NCBI GenBank assembly: GCA_023150835.1
Contig: JAKLKB010000064.1
Location: 1 to 34,076, forward strand
DNA from: Myxococcota bacterium
GTDB taxonomy: Bacteria > Myxococcota_C > UBA6777
Direction: 5' to 3'
DNA length: 34,076 nt
The translations under genes were made by a program, and so were the position numbers. How positions within the stretch are numbered: position 1 is the stretch's first letter; every line of letters begins with the position of its first letter. Positions 20,401 to 28,139 of the stretch are shown here, piece after piece. The notes below the pieces were generated by a model. The model was not told the DNA's origin and searched no databases. It was given only the letters and a program-made list of their open reading frames with translations.

Positions 20401-20630
20401 GCGAAGGCGGTTCCACTTGTGTGAACAGCGTTTGTACTTGCCCGACAGGGCAAAACTTTTGCAACGGCAACTGCGTGAACTTCAAGACGGATCCAGCGCA
20501 TTGTGGGGCTTGTGGAAACGCTTGTGCGCAAGGCAAAAATTGCAGCAACGGAAACTGCGTCTGCCCCGCTGGAAAGGAAGATTGCCGAGGTACCTGTGTG
20601 GATGTTGGGACGTGTCCTCCCGGTCCTTGA
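17415..20630 (+). CDS. Large Cys-rich repeat lipoprotein (2 MopE-like motifs plus about 16 Stig1-like repeats)
   Basis: Lipobox-like LILLSC; EVCDNEDNDCDGKIDE and EVCNGKDDDCDGRTDE; about 16 CVDL..(D/N)P.HCG.C...C units counted by hand. Start could be GTG 17376. Confidence 0.88.
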   Translation: MLWRWAACLSLLIGCLILLSCETFPSKQLIFSEGACDPAIWHQAFAREYDDPLLGIQSPEPYRTIFKDGVEFACLVTSWRNREPNDDRKHYTRLLVKADGSMTHLDPIQDRNEPILRLPKDSDKAEDITFTLFFVRKDFSLPDLHHATCKLMQSPTFQCFSKEGSQRCLWFLRLFPKDPDGTLKIKRWDTFGDKPLRLPAEFRKDLPDTQREALFRSCRLCVPEVCDNEDNDCDGKIDEDENNTGDYTLAKTCYNGSKDTLDPETRKPLGICQLGTKVCQRGGGYGTCSDRRATTEVCNGKDDDCDGRTDEEDGSTPLCPEGFVCQSGLSDPNNPKSEITARCEPPPCFSPRKECGGFCTDILLDPQNCGDCGRRCLSGEKCEKGLCVLDCPDGTPTPCARSCVDLQNNNNHCGACGSVCPEGYRCKDGRCEVGCPPNTPIVCGQGCYDVSDNPKHCGFCGRICPDGYRCAGGDCLISCPQRTPTNCDESCIDLQTNPSHCGACNRRCAPSEYCANGACVLGCPDSTPSDCNGACVDLKTNPNHCGRCRLVCKSGERCFNGKCVISCPAQTPTDCNGACVDLAINPNHCGTCGAACKSGEKCSNSKCVPDCPARTPIDCNGACIDIQSNPLHCGACNNVCPAGQKCSNGRCVLDCPPQTPVNCNGACIDIQSNPQHCGTCAKVCANGQRCSSGQCAPSCPVATPTSCQDACVNLQNDPNHCGACNKVCANGQRCLSGVCVVSCPAQTPTDCNGACVDLKTNPNHCGACGKACKSGELCFNGTCQTSCPIGAPLCGSGANGTCCSLNCCTNACVDLQNDRNNCGVCGKACAAGQVCSKGVCEQNCPTNAPSCGSGASRTCCSLTCCGGTDCVALSDNPNHCGQCGKICPSGQSCCSGTCVDLRNNKNNCGACGLKCVAAEVCTSGRCCANGHLWCSNLCINPQNNNQHCGACGVVCNAPTTCLNGVCACPSGGTACGNECVDLKTNNRHCGACGKLCEGGSTCVNSVCTCPTGQNFCNGNCVNFKTDPAHCGACGNACAQGKNCSNGNCVCPAGKEDCRGTCVDVGTCPPGP

Positions 20631-20717
20631 GCCTGCTTCTGCCGTCGACGCATAAACAGCTCACTCCCCATCAAAGATATCGCGATCACAAACCCACCGG
20701 AAAAAGGAGCGCAAACG

Positions 20718-21071
20718 TTGAGCGATCAAAACCCCACCCTTTTTGGCAAGATCCTACGAGGCGAGATCCCCAGCGATCGTGTGTACGAAGACGAGCATTG
20801 CATCGCGTTTCGAGATATCCATCCTGCCGCACCGACGCACCTCTTGGTGATCCCGCGCAAGTACATCCCCACCCTCAATGCGATCCAAGAAGACGACCGC
20901 TTTTTGATCGGGCATCTTGTCCTTGTTGCGGGGCGGATCGCCGCCCAATCGGGCATCGCAGAACAGGGTTATCGGTTGGTGGTGAACTGCAATCCACACG
21001 GTGGGCAAACGGTTTATCACCTCCATCTGCACGTTCTGGGCGGACGTGCGATGCTCTGGCCTCCCGGCTGA
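20718..21071 (+). CDS. hinT: Histidine triad nucleotide-binding protein
   Basis: FGKILRGEIP, AFRDIHP.APTHLLVIP, GQTVYHLHLHVLGGR; AAGGAG RBS before TTG. Confidence 0.93.
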   Translation: MSDQNPTLFGKILRGEIPSDRVYEDEHCIAFRDIHPAAPTHLLVIPRKYIPTLNAIQEDDRFLIGHLVLVAGRIAAQSGIAEQGYRLVVNCNPHGGQTVYHLHLHVLGGRAMLWPPG

Positions 21072-21074
21072 TCG

Positions 21075-21180
21075 GAGCCTCGCGATGCACAAACCCACAA
21101 ACAGCCCCCTCCCATCCTCTCCCTTCTCTCCGAAATGGACGAGCCCCGCGATGCACAAACCCACAAACAGCCCCCACCCA
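21075..21180 (+). repeat. About 40-bp direct repeat (66-bp period) duplicating the start region of the kelch gene
   Basis: GAGCC(T/C)CGCGATGCACAAACCCACAAACAGCCCCC(T/A)CCCA at 21075-21114 and 21141-21180. Confidence 0.85.
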
Positions 21181-22704
21181 CCCCGAAACACCCATCCTCC
21201 GCTGCGTTGGAGAGGCCGATTGTTCGGCGGTTTGACCGCAATTGTGACCTTGATGGTGTGGATGAGTCAGGGCGCGTGCGTGGCCGAACGCTTGACCGAG
21301 CGCTTGTCGATCATCGAAGGGCCAACGCTGAATTTCGGTCGGATGTCTGCGAGTCTTGGAGCGGTGGCTTTGCCAGACAAGCGAGTCGTTGTGGTCGGAG
21401 GCTCGCCTACTGAAACCCCCTTCCGACCGTTGGTTGGAAAGCAAGCCATCGAGATCTTGCGGGCGGATTGGAGCAAATGGGATCTGGCGGATATCGACGT
21501 GCCTTATCCGATCGCTGGAAGAGTGTACTTGTTGCGAGATGGCCGTCTGTTGGCGTTTTCTTCGGGCTTTCAGTTTCACGCAGCCTCTGATGATCCCGAA
21601 GGAAAGCCGATCGCGGGAGATCCAGATTATCATTCTTGGCCTGTGTCGGCTGTGTTGATTGATCTTGAAAAGAAGACGGTCTTTCCCTATTATCGGCCCA
21701 AAAACAACGAACCCGGCCAGCCTCCCCTGCGCGGTGATGCGCCCGCGCTGATGCAACGGGCCTTTGATCGCTCTCTTCAGATCGAGGACGGTCGCATCCT
21801 TCGCATCGGCGCGTACATGCGCTACCAAGATCCTGCCCCCCAAAAACGCTGCGTCCAAGGGTATTGCCGCTACTGTATCGGCGAAACGTGCGGTCCCTTC
21901 GACAAAACCAACAACTACGCATGCAGCGAAGAAACCGTCCAAAAGGATTGCCCGCAAAAGTGGGGCAACCGCAAGACCATCGTCTCCGAAGTGATCGAGG
22001 TTTTTTCTCCACCGTCGCCCGTCCATCCCAACGGCTCTCTCTCGTATTTGCGGATGAAAGAAGGCCGCTCAAGCGCCGCAGCGATCCAACTCCAAGACGG
22101 TCGCGTCTTTCTCTCGGGCGGATGGGGGCCTGATGGCGAAGGCTCGAACCAAGCCTACGCAACCACTTACTTTCTCGATCCCAAGACGCTCGAACTGACC
22201 GATGGACCGCGCATGATCACACCCCGCGAAGATCACGCGATGGCGCTTCTTGATGATGGGCGCGTCCTGATCTCCGGTGGAACCGATCACAACGAACGAT
22301 CCGTCAATACTACCGAGATCTTCGATCCCAAAAACAATCAGTTTGTTCACGGTGATGCGATGACCCTCTCTCGCGAAGATCATGTCCCTGTCAACCTCGG
22401 GCCGTGGACGATCTTTCTCGGAGGCGAAGTCAACGATCGCGCCGATCAGATCCGCAACTCCGCCGAAGCTTTTTCCCGCACGACGGGCCGTTATGTTAGT
22501 GCTTTTTTGCTGTTCTCTCGTCTGGCGGTGGGAGATCAAAAAGACGGATTTGCGGGCATCACAGATTCGGCGGTTCTTGAACTTGGCCCCAACCGCGTGT
22601 TGATCTTTGGTGGACAACAAGGACTTCAAGACGCCACAGGTGAGTACATCAGCGCAGGGATCGGCTCGATCCGCAGCTTGATGGTCTCCTTTCAACCTCT
22701 GTGA
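21085..22704 (+). CDS. Exported kelch/galactose-oxidase-type beta-propeller protein
   Basis: Repeated L.DGRV...GG and R.DH motifs (LQDGRVFLSGG, PREDHAMALLDDGRVLISGG, TEIFDP); N-terminal hydrophobic segment. Start at 21085 or 21151. Confidence 0.82.
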   Translation: MHKPTNSPLPSSPFSPKWTSPAMHKPTNSPHPPRNTHPPLRWRGRLFGGLTAIVTLMVWMSQGACVAERLTERLSIIEGPTLNFGRMSASLGAVALPDKRVVVVGGSPTETPFRPLVGKQAIEILRADWSKWDLADIDVPYPIAGRVYLLRDGRLLAFSSGFQFHAASDDPEGKPIAGDPDYHSWPVSAVLIDLEKKTVFPYYRPKNNEPGQPPLRGDAPALMQRAFDRSLQIEDGRILRIGAYMRYQDPAPQKRCVQGYCRYCIGETCGPFDKTNNYACSEETVQKDCPQKWGNRKTIVSEVIEVFSPPSPVHPNGSLSYLRMKEGRSSAAAIQLQDGRVFLSGGWGPDGEGSNQAYATTYFLDPKTLELTDGPRMITPREDHAMALLDDGRVLISGGTDHNERSVNTTEIFDPKNNQFVHGDAMTLSREDHVPVNLGPWTIFLGGEVNDRADQIRNSAEAFSRTTGRYVSAFLLFSRLAVGDQKDGFAGITDSAVLELGPNRVLIFGGQQGLQDATGEYISAGIGSIRSLMVSFQPL

Positions 22705-22772
22705 TCTCTCTGCTCTCGTATCGCTGCTCTGTTCGGTGGGATGGCCCTAGACATCGCTGGATGCGGCGACGA

Positions 22773-22800
22773 TTGACAGGCTGCACAAGGTGGCTATTGT
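22773..22800 (+). promoter_or_regulatory. Sigma-70-type promoter for mtnD
   Basis: TTGACA-N16-TATTGT, 46 nt upstream of the ATG. Confidence 0.45.
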
Positions 22801-22846
22801 TTCGCTGCGTTTGTATGGAGTCGTTGGATTGTCGAAGGAGCGAGAG

Positions 22847-23410
22847 ATGGCGGTTATCCACATCAAAGAACAAGGGCGCACCTTGCGCGAAACACGAGAG
22901 GTCATCGAATTTTTGCAACCGTTTGGGATCTGGTTTCGCCAATTTGAAGGCTCGGACCAACTGCCCGAAGAGGCCGATGCTTCGCAGATCTTGGAAGCCT
23001 ACCGCGAACCCATCGAAGAACTCAAGCGTACAGGCGGCTACGTCACCGCCGATGTGATCAACGTCAAACCCACCACTCCCGGACTCGATGCGATGCTCGC
23101 CAAATTCAGCCGCGAACATTGGCACGACGAAGACGAGGTTCGCTTTATCGTCTACGGCAGCGGTGTTTTTCACATCCACCCCAAAGAAGGCCCCGTCTTT
23201 TCCATCGAGATGTTCAAAGGCGATATGATCAATGTCCCCAAAGGCACGCTGCATTGGTTCGATCTCTGCCAAGAACGCACCATCCGCGCTATCCGCCTCT
23301 TTCTCGACCCTTCGGGCTGGACACCTCATTATACAGGCTCTGGCCTCGATCAAGATTTTCAACCGCTGTGCTTTGGACCGTCCTATATTTCGGCGTCTCC
23401 GACACTTTGA
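22847..23410 (+). CDS. mtnD: Acireductone dioxygenase (ARD/ARD', cupin)
   Basis: GYVTADVI, EHWHDEDEVRF, GSGVF, VPKGTLHWF, AIRLF...GW; AAGGAG RBS. Confidence 0.92.
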   Translation: MAVIHIKEQGRTLRETREVIEFLQPFGIWFRQFEGSDQLPEEADASQILEAYREPIEELKRTGGYVTADVINVKPTTPGLDAMLAKFSREHWHDEDEVRFIVYGSGVFHIHPKEGPVFSIEMFKGDMINVPKGTLHWFDLCQERTIRAIRLFLDPSGWTPHYTGSGLDQDFQPLCFGPSYISASPTL

Positions 23411-23425
23411 GGAGGCAAGCCGCTG

Positions 23426-24025
23426 ATGGGGTTTATGGATTCCCGCCTGATCCATCTGGAAAACGGTACACCAATTCGCCTCCGCAATCCCGGCATCGCC
23501 GATGCCCGCCGCATCCTCGCTTACCGAAAAAAGGAGGCCCACACCCACGACTTTGAAGTCGTCACCGCCGAAGAGATCAAGGACGACGAAGAACTTCAAC
23601 GCAAATGGTTGTTTAGCTACATCCAAGAACCGAACAAACTCTGCTTGATCGCAGAGACCCTCGATCCCCGAAATAGCGAAGTCGTCGGGATGCTCGACTT
23701 TTATGGGCATCCTTGGCTGCGACTCGCTCACCACGGAACGATGGGCATCGGCGTGGCTTTGGCTTGGAGAGGACGAGGTATCGGGCGTGCTTTGATCCAA
23801 ACCATGATCGATTGGACTCACCGCCACCCCACCATCGAAAAGATCTATCTCGGCGTGTGGGCCAACAACCTTCGCGCCCAAGCCCTTTACACCTCCTTTG
23901 GTTTTATCGAAGAAAGCCGCCGGTTGGCCTATTTTAAACTCGATCACGGCCATTATGTCGATGAGATCGTCATGGCCCTCTGGGTGAAAGATCCCCTCCG
24001 ACTCGCCTACCTTCGTTCCTCCTGA
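23426..24025 (+). CDS. GNAT family N-acetyltransferase
   Basis: GIGVALAWRGRGIG (acetyl-CoA motif), LGVWANNLRAQALY..FGF, YVDEIVM. Confidence 0.9.
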   Translation: MGFMDSRLIHLENGTPIRLRNPGIADARRILAYRKKEAHTHDFEVVTAEEIKDDEELQRKWLFSYIQEPNKLCLIAETLDPRNSEVVGMLDFYGHPWLRLAHHGTMGIGVALAWRGRGIGRALIQTMIDWTHRHPTIEKIYLGVWANNLRAQALYTSFGFIEESRRLAYFKLDHGHYVDEIVMALWVKDPLRLAYLRSS

Positions 24026-24055
24026 ACTTCCCGCTCTACGGTCTTTTGCGTGTCA

Positions 24056-24202
24056 TACGATATCTGTGAGAAGTGTACACGAAGAGGCGATGCGATCCGT
24101 TGTAAACGCCCTGTAGTCGGGCAGCCACAGGGGGACTGCCCCTACCTTTTTCGAGGAGGACTGCCCCTACCTTTTTCGATCACACCATGGGGGGATCTCG
24201 CA
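24056..24202 (+). mobile_element. MITE-like element family A, copy 2 (internal 25-bp-period duplication)
   Basis: Starts TACGATATC; GTAAACGCCCT...GGGCAGCCACAGGGGGACTGCCCCTAC; 22-bp repeat at 24133-24154 and 24158-24179; degenerate right end GGGATCTCGCA. Confidence 0.7.
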
Positions 24203-24267
24203 CAATTGCTGCGGTCTTTTGCGTGCGACCGCTGCGATAGATGTCGGTCGTTGCGGCTGTTTGCGCT

Positions 24268-25104
24268 TTATGGTGCGTCCTGTTTTTTGGGGGCTGCGCG
24301 TTGCGACCACAGCGCGCCCGCGTCGATCCAAGCCCGAAGCAGGTCGATATCGCGAGGGGGAAGTTTGTGCGCCTCTGCCGCAGCCATCGAAGGGCGCTCG
24401 CCTTTTACGATGCTCAGTAGCGGACTTTGGGCGCTGTTTCGAGGGAGGACAAGGGCAGCATTTTCGTTTGATCCGAAATAATCTTCTCGCCTGTCGAGGC
24501 GAAACCCGCCGCGTGTTTTGTTCGGGCCGTGGCATCGCAAACAAGCCGAAGCGAGGCGCGGATACACATCCTTCCAATACTCGATCGGAGGCGCAGCGGG
24601 GACGCGCTGTGTCGGGATCGTCGGTTGGATTCGTGGCTGTGCGGTGTGTGGGGTCGCTGGCGACGAGGGATGGCGCGAGGGCGTCGTCGAGATAGGGGCT
24701 TTCCTTCGTTGTTTCGGCGGACAACAGGGCGTGGTTTGTTCCTTCACAGAGACTTGTGTGATCCACGCAAAAGCGCCTAGGATGCCGAGCAACACAAGCG
24801 CCGTGATGATACCGCTTTTGAGGTGCTTGGCTTGGGGGTCTCTTGTGAGGCCAAGGCGCTGAGATACGGCGACCACGATCCACGACCAATGCAGCGCAAG
24901 ATGCAGAAACAAGATCGCCAGCACTCCAAGGCCGAGCCAAGCGTGGATCTCGCCCCATCGGTGTCGCGTCAAGCTCCACAATAGATGCGATTTGTTTGTG
25001 CCGGGTGGAAGCGGGAAATACAAGATGTATCCCGTCGCGATCATCCCAAGAAAAAACACCGCTGCCAAAAGGTCGATGATCTGGTTTAGAGTCGTTCGTT
25101 TCAT
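24268..25104 (-). CDS. DUF4405-like membrane domain fused to a planctomycete-type cytochrome c domain
   Basis: N-terminal TM helices with WGEIHAWLG and LHLALHW; Pro-rich linker; YWKDVYP.L..ACLRCHG...GGFRLD...WIDAGA with a CxxCH heme site. Confidence 0.8.
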   Translation of the reverse strand: MKRTTLNQIIDLLAAVFFLGMIATGYILYFPLPPGTNKSHLLWSLTRHRWGEIHAWLGLGVLAILFLHLALHWSWIVVAVSQRLGLTRDPQAKHLKSGIITALVLLGILGAFAWITQVSVKEQTTPCCPPKQRRKAPISTTPSRHPSSPATPHTAQPRIQPTIPTQRVPAAPPIEYWKDVYPRLASACLRCHGPNKTRGGFRLDRREDYFGSNENAALVLPRNSAQSPLLSIVKGERPSMAAAEAHKLPPRDIDLLRAWIDAGALWSQRAAPKKQDAP

Positions 25105-25288
25105 CAAAAAAAGTCCTTTGTTCGAGGGTAGCGGCCTTGCTGTTTCGTATCGTTTGCAGAAAAAGCAAGAGAAGGCAACCTTCGTTTGCTTGACGATGGG
25201 CGTAGAGTGTGCTTTCTCTTGCGCGGGCTTTTTCCAAAAAGCTCGATGAAACGGGAACTGTGCATCCCACCACTCCCGGTATTTACGC

Positions 25289-25449
25289 TATCGCACAGTT
25301 TCCAAAAACCCCGTGTTCGTACCCCTTCAAGCGGCAGCGCTGTTTGTCTGAAAAACGAATGATCGCTCCGTCCACACGGGGTCAAGGGGCCTTTGGTCCC
25401 TTGTGGGGCGTGGGGCAAAGCCCCACAAAACAAGCCGAACAGCGTCACT
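25289..25449 (-). mobile_element. MITE-like element family B, copy 3
   Basis: Reverse complement begins AGTGACGCTGTTCGGCTTGTTTTGTGGGGCTTTGCCCCA and is collinear with 17170-17329 over 161 bp. Confidence 0.75.
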
Positions 25450-25483
25450 TTCACCGTGACTTTGCAAAGACGAAGGACAGGAC

Positions 25484-26539
25484 ATGACACGCGAAGAGAT
25501 CCTCAAACTCACGCATCTCGTCACTTGCGCGGGGTGAGCGAGCAAGCTAGGTCCGGGTGACCTAGGCGATATCCTCTCGGGCCTCCCAGAGATCGCGGAT
25601 CCGCGTGTCTTGGTGGGCATCGATACCAACGACGATGCTGGGGTCTTTCAACTCTCAGATGACCTTGCTTTGGTTCAGACGGTGGATTTTTTTACGCCGA
25701 TCGTGGACAACCCCTATGAATACGGTCAGATCGCCGCTGCCAACGCACTTAGCGATGCTTACGCCATGGGAGCCAAGCCGATCACGGCGTTGAATGTGGT
25801 GGGCTTTCCAACGACGCAACTTCCGCTCAACGTGTTGGCGGAGATCTTGCGTGGTGGTTGGGAGATGGCACGCGAAGCAGGTGTGGTGATCTTGGGCGGT
25901 CACTCGGTCAAAGATCCCGAACTCAAGTACGGGATGGCTGTCACTGCGCTGGTTCACCCACAACAGATCGTGCGTAATTCCACCGCACGCTCGGGCGATC
26001 AACTCTTTTTGACCAAGGCCATCGGGACGGGTGTGTTGACGACCGCGCTCAAGCGCGAACGCCTGCCCGACGATCTGTTGCTCGAAGTCACCGCCTCGAT
26101 GAAGCAATTGAATCGCGTCGCCGCAGACGTGATGTTGGAGCATCACGTCACCGCAGCCACCGATATCACGGGCTTTGGCTTGATCGGGCATCTGCACGAG
26201 ATGGTCAAAGGCAGCGGTGTATCGGCTGCTTTGAACGTCGCTTCGATCCCGTTGCTGCGCGGTGCCTCGGACTTTGCGCAACAACAGATGATCCCGGGCG
26301 GTTTGCGGGACAACCAACGCTTCTACGGCCCCTTCGTTGTCGGTGGTGACGCCGTAGACAAGGCCCGTTTCGATCTGCTCTTTGATCCCCAAACCTCGGG
26401 CGGCTTGTTGTTCTCCATCCCCCCACAGCACGCGGCGGATTGTTTGGCTGCCCTCCACAAACGCGGCCTGTCGGTCGCCGCTCACATCGGCGAGATCCGC
26501 CCCCCCTCGCTCGAAACCCCTCCTCTCTTGCTTCTTTAA
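25484..26539 (+). CDS. selD: Selenide, water dikinase (selenophosphate synthetase), selenocysteine-containing
   Basis: ATG 25484 with AGGA RBS; MTREEILKLTHLVTCAG-TGA(25535-25537)-ASKLGPGDL continues in frame into DDAGV, QTVDFFTPIVD, ANALSDAYAMG, GGHS, TDITGFGL, DPQTSGGLL. Confidence 0.96.
25547..25565 (+). promoter_or_regulatory. Bacterial SECIS-like stem-loop
   Basis: CTAGGTC-CGGGT-GACCTAG: perfect 7-bp stem whose G-containing loop starts 17 nt after the in-frame TGA. Confidence 0.8.
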
Positions 26540-26564
26540 AGGCCCCTGTGACTTGCCAGTTCGA

Positions 26565-27194
26565 TCAGATTTCAGATGCCGATGCCCACGAACAGATGGG
26601 GCATTGCGAAGGATCATGCCCGCGTGCAGGGCAATAAGAGCGCCCAAAATAGATGATCTGCAAGTGAAGCTTATTCCAATTTTTTGGGGGGAACAGCTTT
26701 TTGAGGTCTTCTTCGGTGGTTTGGACGTTCTTTCCGCTGCTCAGGCCCCAGCGAGCGGCCAGTCGATGGATGTGTGTATCGACTGGAAAGGCCGGCTGAC
26801 CGAAGGCTTGTGACATGATCACGGAGGCCGTCTTGTGGCCGACCCCCGGGAGGGCTTCGAGTTCTTCAAAGCTTTTTGGAACGTGGCCGTGATGTTTTTC
26901 GAGCAATAGGGCGGAAAATCGGTGGATCGCGCTGGCTTTGGAGGCTGAAAGACCGCAGGGACGGATGATCTCTTGGATGGTGTCTACAGACAAAGCCGCC
27001 ATCTTTTCGGGTGTATCGGCGCGTTGAAACAGCGTGGGCGTGATCTGGTTGACGCGCTGATCGGTGCATTGGGCCGAAAGTACAACCGCAACGAGCAAGG
27101 TGTAAGGGTCTTGGTGCTTGAGTGGAATGGGGGTTTCAGGAAAAAGCTGATCGAGGATCTGTTGGATCTTGCGTGCTTTTTGTTTCAACGTCAT
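26565..27194 (-). CDS. nth: Endonuclease III
   Basis: LLVAVVLSAQCTD, HhH motif LPGVGHKTA, PVDTHIHR, C-terminal CPARGH...CPIC. Confidence 0.95.
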   Translation of the reverse strand: MTLKQKARKIQQILDQLFPETPIPLKHQDPYTLLVAVVLSAQCTDQRVNQITPTLFQRADTPEKMAALSVDTIQEIIRPCGLSASKASAIHRFSALLLEKHHGHVPKSFEELEALPGVGHKTASVIMSQAFGQPAFPVDTHIHRLAARWGLSSGKNVQTTEEDLKKLFPPKNWNKLHLQIIYFGRSYCPARGHDPSQCPICSWASASEI

Positions 27195-27396
27195 CAACGA
27201 GCCTCCTGCAAAAAGGGTGTCGAGCCGGTGGATAGGATGAAGAACAAGCCGAACACGGTGCGCTTTGGCAAGGGTCTGGTTGTTGGATGGGGACTTCGGT
27301 TATCGTCGTTTTTTTTGCGCGTCTGGATCGAAAAAGGATCTCTGTGCGTCTGATCGGCAGACGCGATGGGGCGTCCATCTTTGGCAGGAGTAAGCG

Positions 27397-28098
27397 ATGT
27401 GGAAGCGTTGGTGTTTGAGTGTGTGGATGGGGATCGGTGCGTTGTGGGCGGAAGGGACGGCGTGGTCGCAGCGTCCGCCTACTTCGACGGTGATGTTGGA
27501 TGGGCGGTTATTGCGGGTGCGTTGGTTGGATGGGGATACGTTTCATTCGGTGGGGCGGCCTCGGATCAAAGCGCGTTTGGAGGGTTACAACACGTTGGAG
27601 AATTACGGTCCTGTCCATCGGTGGGGGACGTGGACAGCGGAAGAATTGGATCGCGTGAATGACAAAGCGTCGGAGTTGGCGCGTTCGCGGACGTGGCGTT
27701 GTGAGACCTTGCCCGAGGGGGGCGGATATGGCCGTGCCTTGGTGCGTTGCGAAGGCTTTGCGCGAGCTTTGTTGTTGCGTGGCTTGGCGCACACTTACAG
27801 TATCCGAGGCCCCGCTGATGCGCGCTGGAATGCGTGGCAGCATCAAGCTCAACGCAAGGGCAGAGGCATCTGGGCTAAGGGTGTTCCTGCGTACCTTGTG
27901 ACGAGCGTACACAGCCGCAATGCGCGTTATCGCAGCGCTTACATCCGCTTGATCTCGACCCGCGATGGCTCATCCAAAAAGATCGAACACAACCAGCGTT
28001 TTCGCACCTGTGAGTGGGTCTGTCGCGAAGGATCTTGTATGCGTTACATCCCCTACAAGCAGCGTTTTGGCTCGCGCAAGGCGTCTTGTTTGCGTTGA
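27397..28098 (+). CDS. Secreted thermonuclease (SNase-like) family protein
   Basis: Signal peptide, VRWLDGDTF, ARLEGYNTLE, YGRAL, GLA, AQRKGRGIW. Confidence 0.82.
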   Translation: MWKRWCLSVWMGIGALWAEGTAWSQRPPTSTVMLDGRLLRVRWLDGDTFHSVGRPRIKARLEGYNTLENYGPVHRWGTWTAEELDRVNDKASELARSRTWRCETLPEGGGYGRALVRCEGFARALLLRGLAHTYSIRGPADARWNAWQHQAQRKGRGIWAKGVPAYLVTSVHSRNARYRSAYIRLISTRDGSSKKIEHNQRFRTCEWVCREGSCMRYIPYKQRFGSRKASCLR

Positions 28099-28139
28099 TG
28101 GCGTCATCCAACAGAAAAGGTCCTTTGATGTCACTTGGA

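Noticed and set aside
25444..25460. GTCAC-N7-GTGAC operator upstream of selD
   Set aside because: The left half is part of the family B terminal repeat, so the palindrome may be coincidental
25484..25609. selD as a pseudogene or N-terminally truncated gene starting at 25610
   Set aside because: The only stop is a TGA exactly at the catalytic Cys/Sec position, with a SECIS-like hairpin downstream and an intact RBS and ATG upstream
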